This document shows, piece after piece, positions 36,734 to 45,071 of a DNA stretch of 64,000 nucleotides. The DNA is taken from contig OX638356.1 of NCBI GenBank assembly GCA_951813395.1, positions 349,340-413,339 on the forward strand, given 5' to 3'. Position 1 is the stretch's first letter, and every line of letters starts with the position of its first letter. Source of the DNA: Longimicrobiales bacterium. Its GTDB lineage: Bacteria > Gemmatimonadota > Gemmatimonadetes > Longimicrobiales > Gaopeijiaceae. The translations under genes were made by a program, and so were the position numbers. The notes under the pieces were generated by a model. That model saw only the letters and a list, made by a program, of their open reading frames with translations, was not told the DNA's origin and made no database searches.

Positions 36734-38476
36734 ATGTCCAGGCCGAGAAAACGCGTTGTGCGAGGGGCTTTTCGTGTCGCTGGAGTGGCGGGGTGTGTGG
36801 TGGCCATGGGCGCGTGCGGTGAAAACGCGCCGACGATCGAAGTCACAACGAGTCCCCTCTCCCTGGAAGGGACGAGCCCCGTCGAGTGGACAGGCCACGA
36901 GCGTTCTTCGTACTTCGTGACGGCGACCGACGGCGTGCGCCTGGCAGTCGACGTGGCCCTGCCATCCGGCTATACCGGCGAGGGTGCGGCTGCGACCGCC
37001 TTCCCCGTGATCTTTCGCTACACGCCGTATCCGATACCGCCTGTGACCCCGGTGCTCGACGAGGACGGCGACGGCGAGCTGCTGGACGAGATCCCCGTGG
37101 ACTCGGACGGCGACACCTGGTTCACCGACGACTACCCCTGGCCCGTCGACCCCGCGAACCCGCCGCGCTATCCGGACGGCATGGAGCGCACCGAGCACGC
37201 GTACTTCAACGCTACCATGGAGCACGTCGCCCATCCGAATGGGGCGCCCGGGAACTACGACGCGGTGACCACCGTCCGGTCCATGCGGTTCTTCGATTCC
37301 CGGCGCGAATCCGATGGGCTCACGGCACCGGGCATCAACTGGTCCCTGGTCCCGGACATCATCGAATCCGGGGTGGCGATCTACCACTACGCCGGCTGGT
37401 GGGACGCCTTCACGCGCAGCTCCTTCGAGGTCTTCGCCACGCTGGAGGCAACGAACCCCTCGCGGATCGCGGCCTGGCCGATGTACCACCAGGGCATATC
37501 GCCCGCAGCCTCCCTGGGGATCGGAGCCGATCCGGAGCGCGAGAACATCTACACACAGGCATCGCTGGGCGAGGCGCTGCGGTGGTATGACCGTTGGTTG
37601 AAAGGGATCAGGAATGGCATCGACCACGAGCCCCCGGTGCACATCTTCGTCAACAATGAAGGGTGGCGGGCGGAAGAGTCGTGGCCGCTGGCACGGGAAG
37701 TGCCCGTGCGGTTGCAACTGGACGGCGCCGGGGCGCTCGCGCGGAAAGTGGGCGATCCCGGAACCGACGACTACACCGCCGACTTCACCCACGACGCCTC
37801 GTTCGGTCCGCCGCTCGACGCGTCGCAGATCTCGGTCGCGAACGCCATGAAGGGGAAGCCGCCCTTCAACGCACCCTCCTTCGGCCATTCGCGGCAGCAG
37901 ATGTTCGGCGTGCCCGACGACCTGCCCTACCGGACGGACAAGGCCGGGCAGGTCCTCACGTACACGAGCGCGCCGCTGGAGGCCGACACGGAGGTGACCG
38001 GGCATCCGATCGTCAGCGTCGCGGTCTCCTCCACCGCGGACTACGGGGACCTCTACTTCTACCTGGAAGACGTCGATCCGGAGGGCAACGCGATCCTGGT
38101 GACCGAGTTGCAGCACCGCGCCGGCTTCGACCGCCTCGTCGACAACGACCTCATGATTCCCGGCAACCCCGGAGTCGACGTGAAGCCCGACCTGCCGTGG
38201 CACGGATTCCGCGAGGCCGACTACAGCGACGGGGTCTTCGCGGACGGGGCCGTGGTGCGGATAACGACGGCCCTGTATCCCACCTCGTGGCTCTTCCGGG
38301 CCGGGCACAGCATCCGCCTGTCGGTCGCGGCGGCGGACTGGCCCGTCTTCGACCTGCACCCGGAGCTGTCACCGCAGAATCGGCCTGACGCGGAGGACAA
38401 CATCGTGCCGACGATCACGATTCACCGCGGTGGCGAGGAAGGGTCCTACGTGGAACTTCCGGTGATTCCACGGTAG
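36734..38476 (+). CDS. CocE/NonD-family (S15 X-Pro dipeptidyl-peptidase-like) lipoprotein, atypical
   Basis: Lipobox AMGAC. CocE-like blocks YHYAGWWDAF, ALRWYDRWLKG, VHIFVNNEGWRAEESWPL and a C-terminal jelly-roll domain (..SIRLSVAAADWP..). The nucleophile block is not found (see findings). Confidence 0.75.
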   Translation: MSRPRKRVVRGAFRVAGVAGCVVAMGACGENAPTIEVTTSPLSLEGTSPVEWTGHERSSYFVTATDGVRLAVDVALPSGYTGEGAAATAFPVIFRYTPYPIPPVTPVLDEDGDGELLDEIPVDSDGDTWFTDDYPWPVDPANPPRYPDGMERTEHAYFNATMEHVAHPNGAPGNYDAVTTVRSMRFFDSRRESDGLTAPGINWSLVPDIIESGVAIYHYAGWWDAFTRSSFEVFATLEATNPSRIAAWPMYHQGISPAASLGIGADPERENIYTQASLGEALRWYDRWLKGIRNGIDHEPPVHIFVNNEGWRAEESWPLAREVPVRLQLDGAGALARKVGDPGTDDYTADFTHDASFGPPLDASQISVANAMKGKPPFNAPSFGHSRQQMFGVPDDLPYRTDKAGQVLTYTSAPLEADTEVTGHPIVSVAVSSTADYGDLYFYLEDVDPEGNAILVTELQHRAGFDRLVDNDLMIPGNPGVDVKPDLPWHGFREADYSDGVFADGAVVRITTALYPTSWLFRAGHSIRLSVAAADWPVFDLHPELSPQNRPDAEDNIVPTITIHRGGEEGSYVELPVIPR

Positions 38477-38514
38477 TGGGCGTCCACGCCCCACGCGGAG
38501 CGCCGCCGGTCTTC

Positions 38515-39246
38515 TCAGTCGGCGTAGTCCTGTCCCTGGTGATCCAGCACCGCCTTCATGCCGTCCAGGTATCCGAGTTCCCCGAAGCCGTCGGGCGCCG
38601 TGGCGGCCACGGCCTCCGCGACCTCGAGGGGCACCCGTTTCACGCGGCCTCGGGCGGCCCGGACCATCCACTCGGTCATGCAGGCGCGCTCGAGGGACAC
38701 CAGGTGGAGCAAGGCCACCTCGATCGAGGCGGCGACGACGAGCGCGCCGTGGTTGGCCATGATCAGGGTGCTCCTGCCGCCGAGCGCCTCGGCCATGTGC
38801 TCGCCCTCCTCGTCCTCGGTCACGATGCCCTCGTAGTCGAAATAGGCGACATTGCCGTGAAACACTCCGGCGAGTTGACCGCCGCGCGTGTCCAGTTGCC
38901 AGCCCTCGGTCGACGCGAGTGCGGTCAGATACGGCGAGTGGACGTGAAGGGCGCATGCCAGATCGGGACGGGCGCGGTAGATGGGCGCGTGGATGGCCCA
39001 GGCGCTGACGTTGGGGACGCCCGTGCCCTCCACGACATTGCCATCGGGGTCGGTCATGAGGAGACTTGAGGCCGTGACCCGGGAGAAGTGGGTGTGGCCC
39101 GGAGACAGCAGCAGGTAGCCGGGACGGCCCGGGACCGTTGCGCTGAAGTGGTTCCAGGTGCCTTCGTGAAGCCCTTCGAGTACCGTAATGCGGTGCGCGG
39201 CGGCGAGATCGACGCGAGTTTGCTGGACCGGTTCGAAACGATGCAT
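38515..39246 (-). CDS. Class II aldolase/adducin-domain protein
   Basis: ..WAIHAPIYRARPDLACALHVHSPY..MANHGALVV.. are typical class II aldolase motifs. I place the start at the ATG at 39246. Confidence 0.85.
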   Translation of the reverse strand: MHRFEPVQQTRVDLAAAHRITVLEGLHEGTWNHFSATVPGRPGYLLLSPGHTHFSRVTASSLLMTDPDGNVVEGTGVPNVSAWAIHAPIYRARPDLACALHVHSPYLTALASTEGWQLDTRGGQLAGVFHGNVAYFDYEGIVTEDEEGEHMAEALGGRSTLIMANHGALVVAASIEVALLHLVSLERACMTEWMVRAARGRVKRVPLEVAEAVAATAPDGFGELGYLDGMKAVLDHQGQDYAD

Positions 39247-39322
39247 GACCGGAGAATGCCGTTTGCGGCGTCGGCAGCGCAAGCGAGGTTGGCTGTTGTT
39301 GGATACATCACCTGGAGATGAG

Positions 39323-39949
39323 ATGTCCGGACGTTTTGCTTCGTTGGCTCGATCGGCCGCGGGAGTCCTGATACTTCTGGCTCTCCCGCTCGAAGCCGCC
39401 TCGGCGCAAACGGCGTTCGGGGTGATCGGCGGCTTCAATCGGGCCAGATTCACGGGCAGCGGCGCCGTGGATGTCGCCAGCCGTACCGCCTACCTCGTCG
39501 GCGCGGTGGGCGACTTTCCGATCAGGGAGACGTTCTCGATCCGGCCCGAACTCTACTTCTCGACCAAGGGGGCCGAGGTCCGAACGGGTTTGGGCTCGGG
39601 CGCCGACGGACCCGTGAAGACGTTCGCGCTGTCGTACGTGCAGCTGCCGCTTCTTGTCCAGCTGCAACCGGGAAGCGGAGGTTCGGTGCGACCGCATCTC
39701 TTTGCCGGGGTTTCCGTGGGGGCGGTCCTCGGATGCAGACTGGGCACCGTGGACTGTGATGACATCAGGGAGATCAATCAGCACGGCATGGACGCGGGCG
39801 TACTCATGGGAGGCGAACTCGAATTCGGCGACATCGCGTTCGGGATGCGATACGAAACGGGGGTGCGGGCGGTGGATGCAACCGTACCCGGCAACGAGAT
39901 CTACAACGGCGTCCTATCGTTCACACTCAGATACATGCTGCGAAAATGA
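39323..39949 (+). CDS. Small outer-membrane beta-barrel protein (paralog of 14423..15031)
   Basis: Signal peptide ..LILLALPLEAASAQ and strand-like periodicity. The C-terminal residues LSFTLRYMLRK parallel LAFTMRYSWAR in the paralog. Confidence 0.7.
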   Translation: MSGRFASLARSAAGVLILLALPLEAASAQTAFGVIGGFNRARFTGSGAVDVASRTAYLVGAVGDFPIRETFSIRPELYFSTKGAEVRTGLGSGADGPVKTFALSYVQLPLLVQLQPGSGGSVRPHLFAGVSVGAVLGCRLGTVDCDDIREINQHGMDAGVLMGGELEFGDIAFGMRYETGVRAVDATVPGNEIYNGVLSFTLRYMLRK

Positions 39950-41232
39950 ACAAATCAGCGCACCACGCCCGTCTGCCGGGCACCATCACGCTTCTCCTGC
40001 TCGCGACCGTCGGACTGCCGGCGACGGCAGCCGTTCCCGCGGTGGCCCAGGACCTCGTTCTGACCAACGCCCGAGTCGTGGACGTCACCACCGGCGCGGT
40101 TTCGGAGCCGGCCACCGTAATCGTCGAGGACGGCAGAATCGCGCGGATCGTCGAGGACGGCGGGACGGAGGGCCCGGCCGGAGCGGCCACCGTCGACCTC
40201 ATGGGGCGATACCTCGCGCCCGGGCTGATGGATGCCCACGTCCATGTTTCCTCTGCGGCCGACGCGCGGCGAGCGCTTCTCACCGGGGTCACCACGATGC
40301 GCAGCATGGGCACGTCCCACTACGCCGATGTCGGACTCCGGGAACTGCAGGCAGGCGGGCACCTCGAGGGACCCGCGTACCTGGCCGCGGGCTACCATGT
40401 CCGGCCCCCGGCGGCGGAGGCGTTCTTCCAGGACCACCCGGAGCTGGGGCACATGTACGGCGAGGAGGTGCGCGGCGAGGACGCGGTGCGGGCGATGACC
40501 GCGGCGATCGTGTCGCGGGGGGTCGACTTCGTGAAGACGAACGCCACCGAGCGCGCGGGGCTGCCGGAGACGGATCCGCGCAAGCAGTTCTACTCGGAGG
40601 CCGAGTTGCGGGCGATCGTGAGCGAAGCGGGGGCGGCGGGCGTACCGGTCGCGGCGCACGCGCACGGGGACGGCGGCGCGAGGGCGGCGGTGGAGGCCGG
40701 GGTGCGGAGCATCGAGCACGGGACGTACATCAGCCCGGAGACGCTCGCGCGCATGGTGGACAGGGGGACGTTCCTGGTGCCCACCATCGCGATCGTGCGC
40801 GACCTCACGATTCCGGGAGGCGACTACGACAACGCCGTCCTCAACATTCGGGGCCGGCACATGCTGCCCCGCGTTCGGGAAATGGCGCGGCGAGCCCACG
40901 AAATGGGCGTCAAGGTCGTCGCGGCGACCGACACGGGATACGGCTCCGAGAGCACGACCACCCTTGCCCACGAACTCCTGGAACTGGTCGAAATCGGCAT
41001 GACCCCGCTCGAGGCGCTGCGCGCGGCCACGACCACCGCGGCTGAACTCTTCGGGCTCACTGGACAGGTGGGCGCGATCACACCGGGGCTCGAAGCCGAC
41101 CTGATCGTGCTGGAGCGGAACCCGCTCGAGGACATCGGGGTGGTGCAGGACGTGCTCATGGTAGTGAGCGACGGCAAGGTCGCGGTGCAGCGCGGCGACT
41201 GGCCGGGCCAGCGGCCGGTGTCCGACGAGTAG
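39946..41232 (+). CDS. Amidohydrolase-family secreted hydrolase (dipeptidase-like, intact metal site)
   Basis: APGLMDAHVHV, AAHAHGDGG, SIEHGTY, VAATDTG. The ATG overlaps the OMP stop (ATGA). Confidence 0.85.
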   Translation: MNKSAHHARLPGTITLLLLATVGLPATAAVPAVAQDLVLTNARVVDVTTGAVSEPATVIVEDGRIARIVEDGGTEGPAGAATVDLMGRYLAPGLMDAHVHVSSAADARRALLTGVTTMRSMGTSHYADVGLRELQAGGHLEGPAYLAAGYHVRPPAAEAFFQDHPELGHMYGEEVRGEDAVRAMTAAIVSRGVDFVKTNATERAGLPETDPRKQFYSEAELRAIVSEAGAAGVPVAAHAHGDGGARAAVEAGVRSIEHGTYISPETLARMVDRGTFLVPTIAIVRDLTIPGGDYDNAVLNIRGRHMLPRVREMARRAHEMGVKVVAATDTGYGSESTTTLAHELLELVEIGMTPLEALRAATTTAAELFGLTGQVGAITPGLEADLIVLERNPLEDIGVVQDVLMVVSDGKVAVQRGDWPGQRPVSDE

Positions 41233-41259
41233 CGAGCGGTCCTCGGGAGTCCCCAGGCC

Positions 41260-41832
41260 ATGAACCGCGTATCGAAGTCCGACGACCGGCTTGCGACCCG
41301 CATCAAGTCACTGATTCGCACGGTCCCCGACTTTCCCATTCCGGGGATCCGCTTCCGCGATGTGATGGGGCTCGTGGAGGACCCCGACGGGTTCCGGGCC
41401 GCGACGGCGGCGCTGGCGGACCGGTTTCGGGACCTGGCGCCCGAGGTTGTGGTCGGGATCGAGGCCCGGGGCTTCATCTTCGGGGTGCCGGTGGCGCAGG
41501 AACTGGGTGTCGGTTTCGTCGCCGTGCGGAAGGCAGGCAAGCTGCCGGGTGAAGTGATGGGTGCCGACTACGACCTGGAGTATGGGAGCGCGCGTCTGGA
41601 AATGCAGGCGGCCGCACCGATCTCCGCCGGAACGCGCGTGCTGCTCGTCGACGACCTTCTCGCTACGGGCGGCAGCGCTGCTGCGGCGATCAGACTGATT
41701 CGGGGGATGGGCGGGGAGGTGGTGGGCGCGGGGTTCGTGGTTGACCTGCCGGAGTTGTCCGGCGGTGATCGCTTGCACGACCTGGGCGTGGAAGTGTTCG
41801 CGCTGTGTGAGTTCCTGGGAGAAGAGGATTAG
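41260..41832 (+). CDS. apt: Adenine phosphoribosyltransferase
   Basis: ..IRTVPDFPIPGIRFRDV..GIEARGFIFG..VLLVDDLLATGGS.. are canonical APRT motifs. Confidence 0.9.
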   Translation: MNRVSKSDDRLATRIKSLIRTVPDFPIPGIRFRDVMGLVEDPDGFRAATAALADRFRDLAPEVVVGIEARGFIFGVPVAQELGVGFVAVRKAGKLPGEVMGADYDLEYGSARLEMQAAAPISAGTRVLLVDDLLATGGSAAAAIRLIRGMGGEVVGAGFVVDLPELSGGDRLHDLGVEVFALCEFLGEED

Positions 41833-44800
41833 TGAAAGAACCGCCCGCGGCCGACGAACGACTCTGCGGAGCCATCGACCCGGGCGGCGAGCTCGGCCAG
41901 CCAGTCGTTCAGCGAGTGAATCCGTTCGGCGATCACGTGGATCACGCCATCCACCTTCTGCACCTTGCCGCGGCAGAGCATCAGCCGCGCGGTGAGGGTG
42001 TCGCGGCGCTGGTTCTCGTAGATGGACGGGAAGACGACCAGGTTGGCGGTTCCGGTCTCGTCCTCCAGGGTGACGAACATCACGATCCCCTTCCCCGGAC
42101 GCTGCCGGGTCAGGACGATTCCCGCGACCGCGGCCCGGTCCCCGTCGTTGAGCCCTTCCAGACCCTCCGCGGAGAGCACGCCCCGCTCGTCCAGGCGGCG
42201 GCGCAGCAGCGCGACCGGATGGTGCTTGAGCGACAGACCCGTGCTCCGGTAGTCGGCGGCCACCTGCTCGCCCGCGGACATCGCGGGCAGGGCCGGCTCG
42301 GGATGGATACGGCCATTGCTGCGGGTCCCGTTGCTGGCCCGGTCGTCCCCCGGCGACTCGAAAAGAGGCAGCGGCCCCGCATCGTTCAATGCCCGCACCG
42401 CCCAGGCGGCCTGTCGGCGGTCGAGCCCCATCGAGCTGAAGGCGTCGGCGGCGGCCAGGCGGGTCAGAACGGCTGACGGGATACCGGTGCGCCGCCACAG
42501 GTTGAGGGGGGAACGGTAGCCGGGGACACGGTCGGTGGTCGAGTGGGTGTCGGTCGGGTGGGCAACGCTCGGCCGGCCGGCGATCAAACGGGCCGCGTCC
42601 TCCTCCTTCAGACCCCGGATCTGGCGGAGGCCGAGGCGGAGGGCGAGGGGGCCGCTTCCGGCGTCTTCCAGCGTGCAGTCCCACTCCGAGTGGTTGACGT
42701 CTGCGGGACGCACCTCGACGCCGTGATCTCGCGCGTCCCTCACGATCTGCGCGGGCGCGTAGAAGCCCATCGGCTGGCTGTTCAGGAGCGCACAGGCGAA
42801 GACTTCCGGATAGTGGCACTTCAGCCACGACGAGACGTAGGCGAGGTGGGCGAAGCTGGCCGCGTGGCTCTCGGGGAAGCCGTATTCGCCGAAGCCCTCG
42901 ATCTGGCGGAAGCAGCGTTCGGCAAAGCCGCGGTCGTAGCCTCGCCCGGTCATGCCGTCGATGAACTTGCCCTTGAAGCGGTGGATGGTGCCGGGATTGC
43001 GGAAGCTGGCCATGGCGCGCCGCAACTGGTCGGCCTCGGCGGGGGTGAAGCCGGCCGCAACGATGGCGATTCGCATCACCTGTTCCTGGAAGAGGGGCAC
43101 GCCGAGGGTCTTCTCCAGCACCTCGCGCAGCTCCGGGGAAGGGTACTCGACGGGCTCTCGCCCCTGTCGCCGGCGCAGGTACGGATGCACCATGTCGCCC
43201 TGGATCGGTCCCGGGCGCACGATCGCCACCTCGATCACGAGATCGTAGAAGGTGGCCGGCCTCAGCCGGGGCAGCATTGCCATCTGGGCGCGGCTCTCGA
43301 TCTGGAAAACCCCGACGGTGTCGCCACGCTGGATCATCCCGTACGTGGCCGGGTCTTCCTGCGGCACGCTCTCCAGCGTGTAGCGAAGACCGTACTTCTC
43401 CCCCAGCAGGGCGAAGGCCTTGCGGATGCACGAGAGCATCCCGAGCCCGAGCACGTCGACCTTGATCAATCCCAACGCCTCCAGGTCGTCCTTGTTCCAC
43501 TCGATGACCGTGCGGTCCTCCATGGCCGCGTTCTCGATGGGGACGATCTCGCACAACGGCCCGCGTGATATCACGAAGCCGCCGGTGTGCTGGGACAGGT
43601 GTCGGGGAAAGCCGCACAGCTCCCGCGCCAGCTTCATGGTGAGCGCCAGACGCCGGTCGGAGGGGTTGAAGCCTTCCTCGCGGGCCCGTTCCTCGTCCAC
43701 CGGCTTCGACCGCCACGAGACCATGGACAGCAGCCGCCCTATCACGTCCTCGCTCAGGCCCATGGCCTTGCCCACGTCGCGCAGCGCGCTCCTGGCACGG
43801 TAGGTGATGACCGTCGCGGTCAGCCCGGCCCGGTCGCGTCCGTACTTGCCGTAGATGTACTGGATGACCTCTTCGCGGCGCTCGTGCTCGAAGTCGACGT
43901 CGATGTCGGGCACCTCGTTCCGCTCGGCCGAGATGAAGCGTTCGAAGAGCAGATCCACCTGGTCGGGATCGACCGACGTGACGCCCAGGCAGTAGCATAC
44001 CGCGGAGTTGGCGGCCGAACCGCGCCCCTGGCAGAGGATGCCCAGCTCGCGCGCCTTGCGCACGATGTCCTCGACGGTGAGGAAGTAGGGCTCGTATTCG
44101 AGCTGGGCGATCAGCGCCAGTTCGTGTTCAATCGTTGTACGCACCTTGGGGGGAATGCCGTCCGGATAGCGTTCGGCCGCGCCCGCCCAGGTGAGAGTCG
44201 CCAGCGTTTCGCGCGGCGTGCGGCCGTCGTCGGCAACCTCGTCGGGGTACTCATAGCGCAGTTCGGCGAGCGAGAAGCGGCAGCGTTCGGCAATCGCCAC
44301 GGTGTTGGCGAGCGCCTCGGGGTGGTCGCGGAAGAGGCGCGCGAGTTCGGTGGGGGACTTGAGGTGCCGCTCGGCGTTGGCTTCCAGGCGCCAGCCGGCG
44401 TTGTCGATGGTGCAGTGCTCGCGGATGCAGGTGAGCGTGTCGTGGAGCCGGCGGCGGGCGGGATCGTGCTGGTGGATGTCGCCGGTGGCGACGAGGGGGA
44501 CGCCGTGTGTTTCGGCGAGGTCGGCGAGACGGGCCAGGCGGCGGTCATCGTCGCCGCGGTGGTGGTGGGTGGCGGCGAGGTGGAGCGGGGCGGCGAGTCG
44601 GTCGCGGTACCAGGCGAGGTCGTCGGCGAAGCCGTCGCCGGGGGTGACGGGGGGGACGGCGATGAAGATGTGGCCCGAGGGGTCGGCGGCCGCGGCCACG
44701 TCTTCGCGTGTGAGATGGCATTCTCCCTTGGGCGCGCGCCTGCGTCCCGTGGTGATGAGGCGGGAGAGCGCGCCGTAACCGTGCCGGGTGGTGGGGAGGC

Positions 44801-45041
44801 AGAGCAGGCCGGGGCCGTCGCCGAGATCGAGGCGGGCGCCGGGGATGAAGTGAAGGCCGGTGCGCCGGGCGGCCTCGTGAGCGCGCACGACGCCGGCCAG
44901 CGTGTTGCGGTCGGTCAGGGCGAGGGCGCGGTAGCCCAGCTCGCAGGCCCGTTCGACCATCTCCCCGGGGTGGGAGGCGCCCCTCAGGAAGGAGAAGTTG
45001 CTGGTGACCTGGAGTTCGGCGTAGGCGGGGTCAGCGGACAT
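41829..45041 (-). CDS. dnaE2: Error-prone DNA polymerase III alpha-like subunit
   Basis: 1070-aa ORF. N-terminal PHP domain YAELQVTSNFSFLRGASHP, a pol III alpha core and an OB fold. Sits immediately downstream of imuB. Confidence 0.95.
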   Translation of the reverse strand: MSADPAYAELQVTSNFSFLRGASHPGEMVERACELGYRALALTDRNTLAGVVRAHEAARRTGLHFIPGARLDLGDGPGLLCLPTTRHGYGALSRLITTGRRRAPKGECHLTREDVAAAADPSGHIFIAVPPVTPGDGFADDLAWYRDRLAAPLHLAATHHHRGDDDRRLARLADLAETHGVPLVATGDIHQHDPARRRLHDTLTCIREHCTIDNAGWRLEANAERHLKSPTELARLFRDHPEALANTVAIAERCRFSLAELRYEYPDEVADDGRTPRETLATLTWAGAAERYPDGIPPKVRTTIEHELALIAQLEYEPYFLTVEDIVRKARELGILCQGRGSAANSAVCYCLGVTSVDPDQVDLLFERFISAERNEVPDIDVDFEHERREEVIQYIYGKYGRDRAGLTATVITYRARSALRDVGKAMGLSEDVIGRLLSMVSWRSKPVDEERAREEGFNPSDRRLALTMKLARELCGFPRHLSQHTGGFVISRGPLCEIVPIENAAMEDRTVIEWNKDDLEALGLIKVDVLGLGMLSCIRKAFALLGEKYGLRYTLESVPQEDPATYGMIQRGDTVGVFQIESRAQMAMLPRLRPATFYDLVIEVAIVRPGPIQGDMVHPYLRRRQGREPVEYPSPELREVLEKTLGVPLFQEQVMRIAIVAAGFTPAEADQLRRAMASFRNPGTIHRFKGKFIDGMTGRGYDRGFAERCFRQIEGFGEYGFPESHAASFAHLAYVSSWLKCHYPEVFACALLNSQPMGFYAPAQIVRDARDHGVEVRPADVNHSEWDCTLEDAGSGPLALRLGLRQIRGLKEEDAARLIAGRPSVAHPTDTHSTTDRVPGYRSPLNLWRRTGIPSAVLTRLAAADAFSSMGLDRRQAAWAVRALNDAGPLPLFESPGDDRASNGTRSNGRIHPEPALPAMSAGEQVAADYRSTGLSLKHHPVALLRRRLDERGVLSAEGLEGLNDGDRAAVAGIVLTRQRPGKGIVMFVTLEDETGTANLVVFPSIYENQRRDTLTARLMLCRGKVQKVDGVIHVIAERIHSLNDWLAELAARVDGSAESFVGRGRFFH

Positions 45042-45071
45042 GGTTTCTGGAACGCAGACTGAAGCTGTCTT

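Noticed and set aside
41308-43998. 896-aa ORF on the minus strand, in another frame, inside dnaE2
   Set aside because: The translation is Arg/Pro/Gly/Ala-rich low complexity with no motifs, and it lies entirely within the well-supported dnaE2 frame. This is a typical high-GC shadow ORF. The same reasoning applies to 42543..43568 (+) and 43587..45062 (+).
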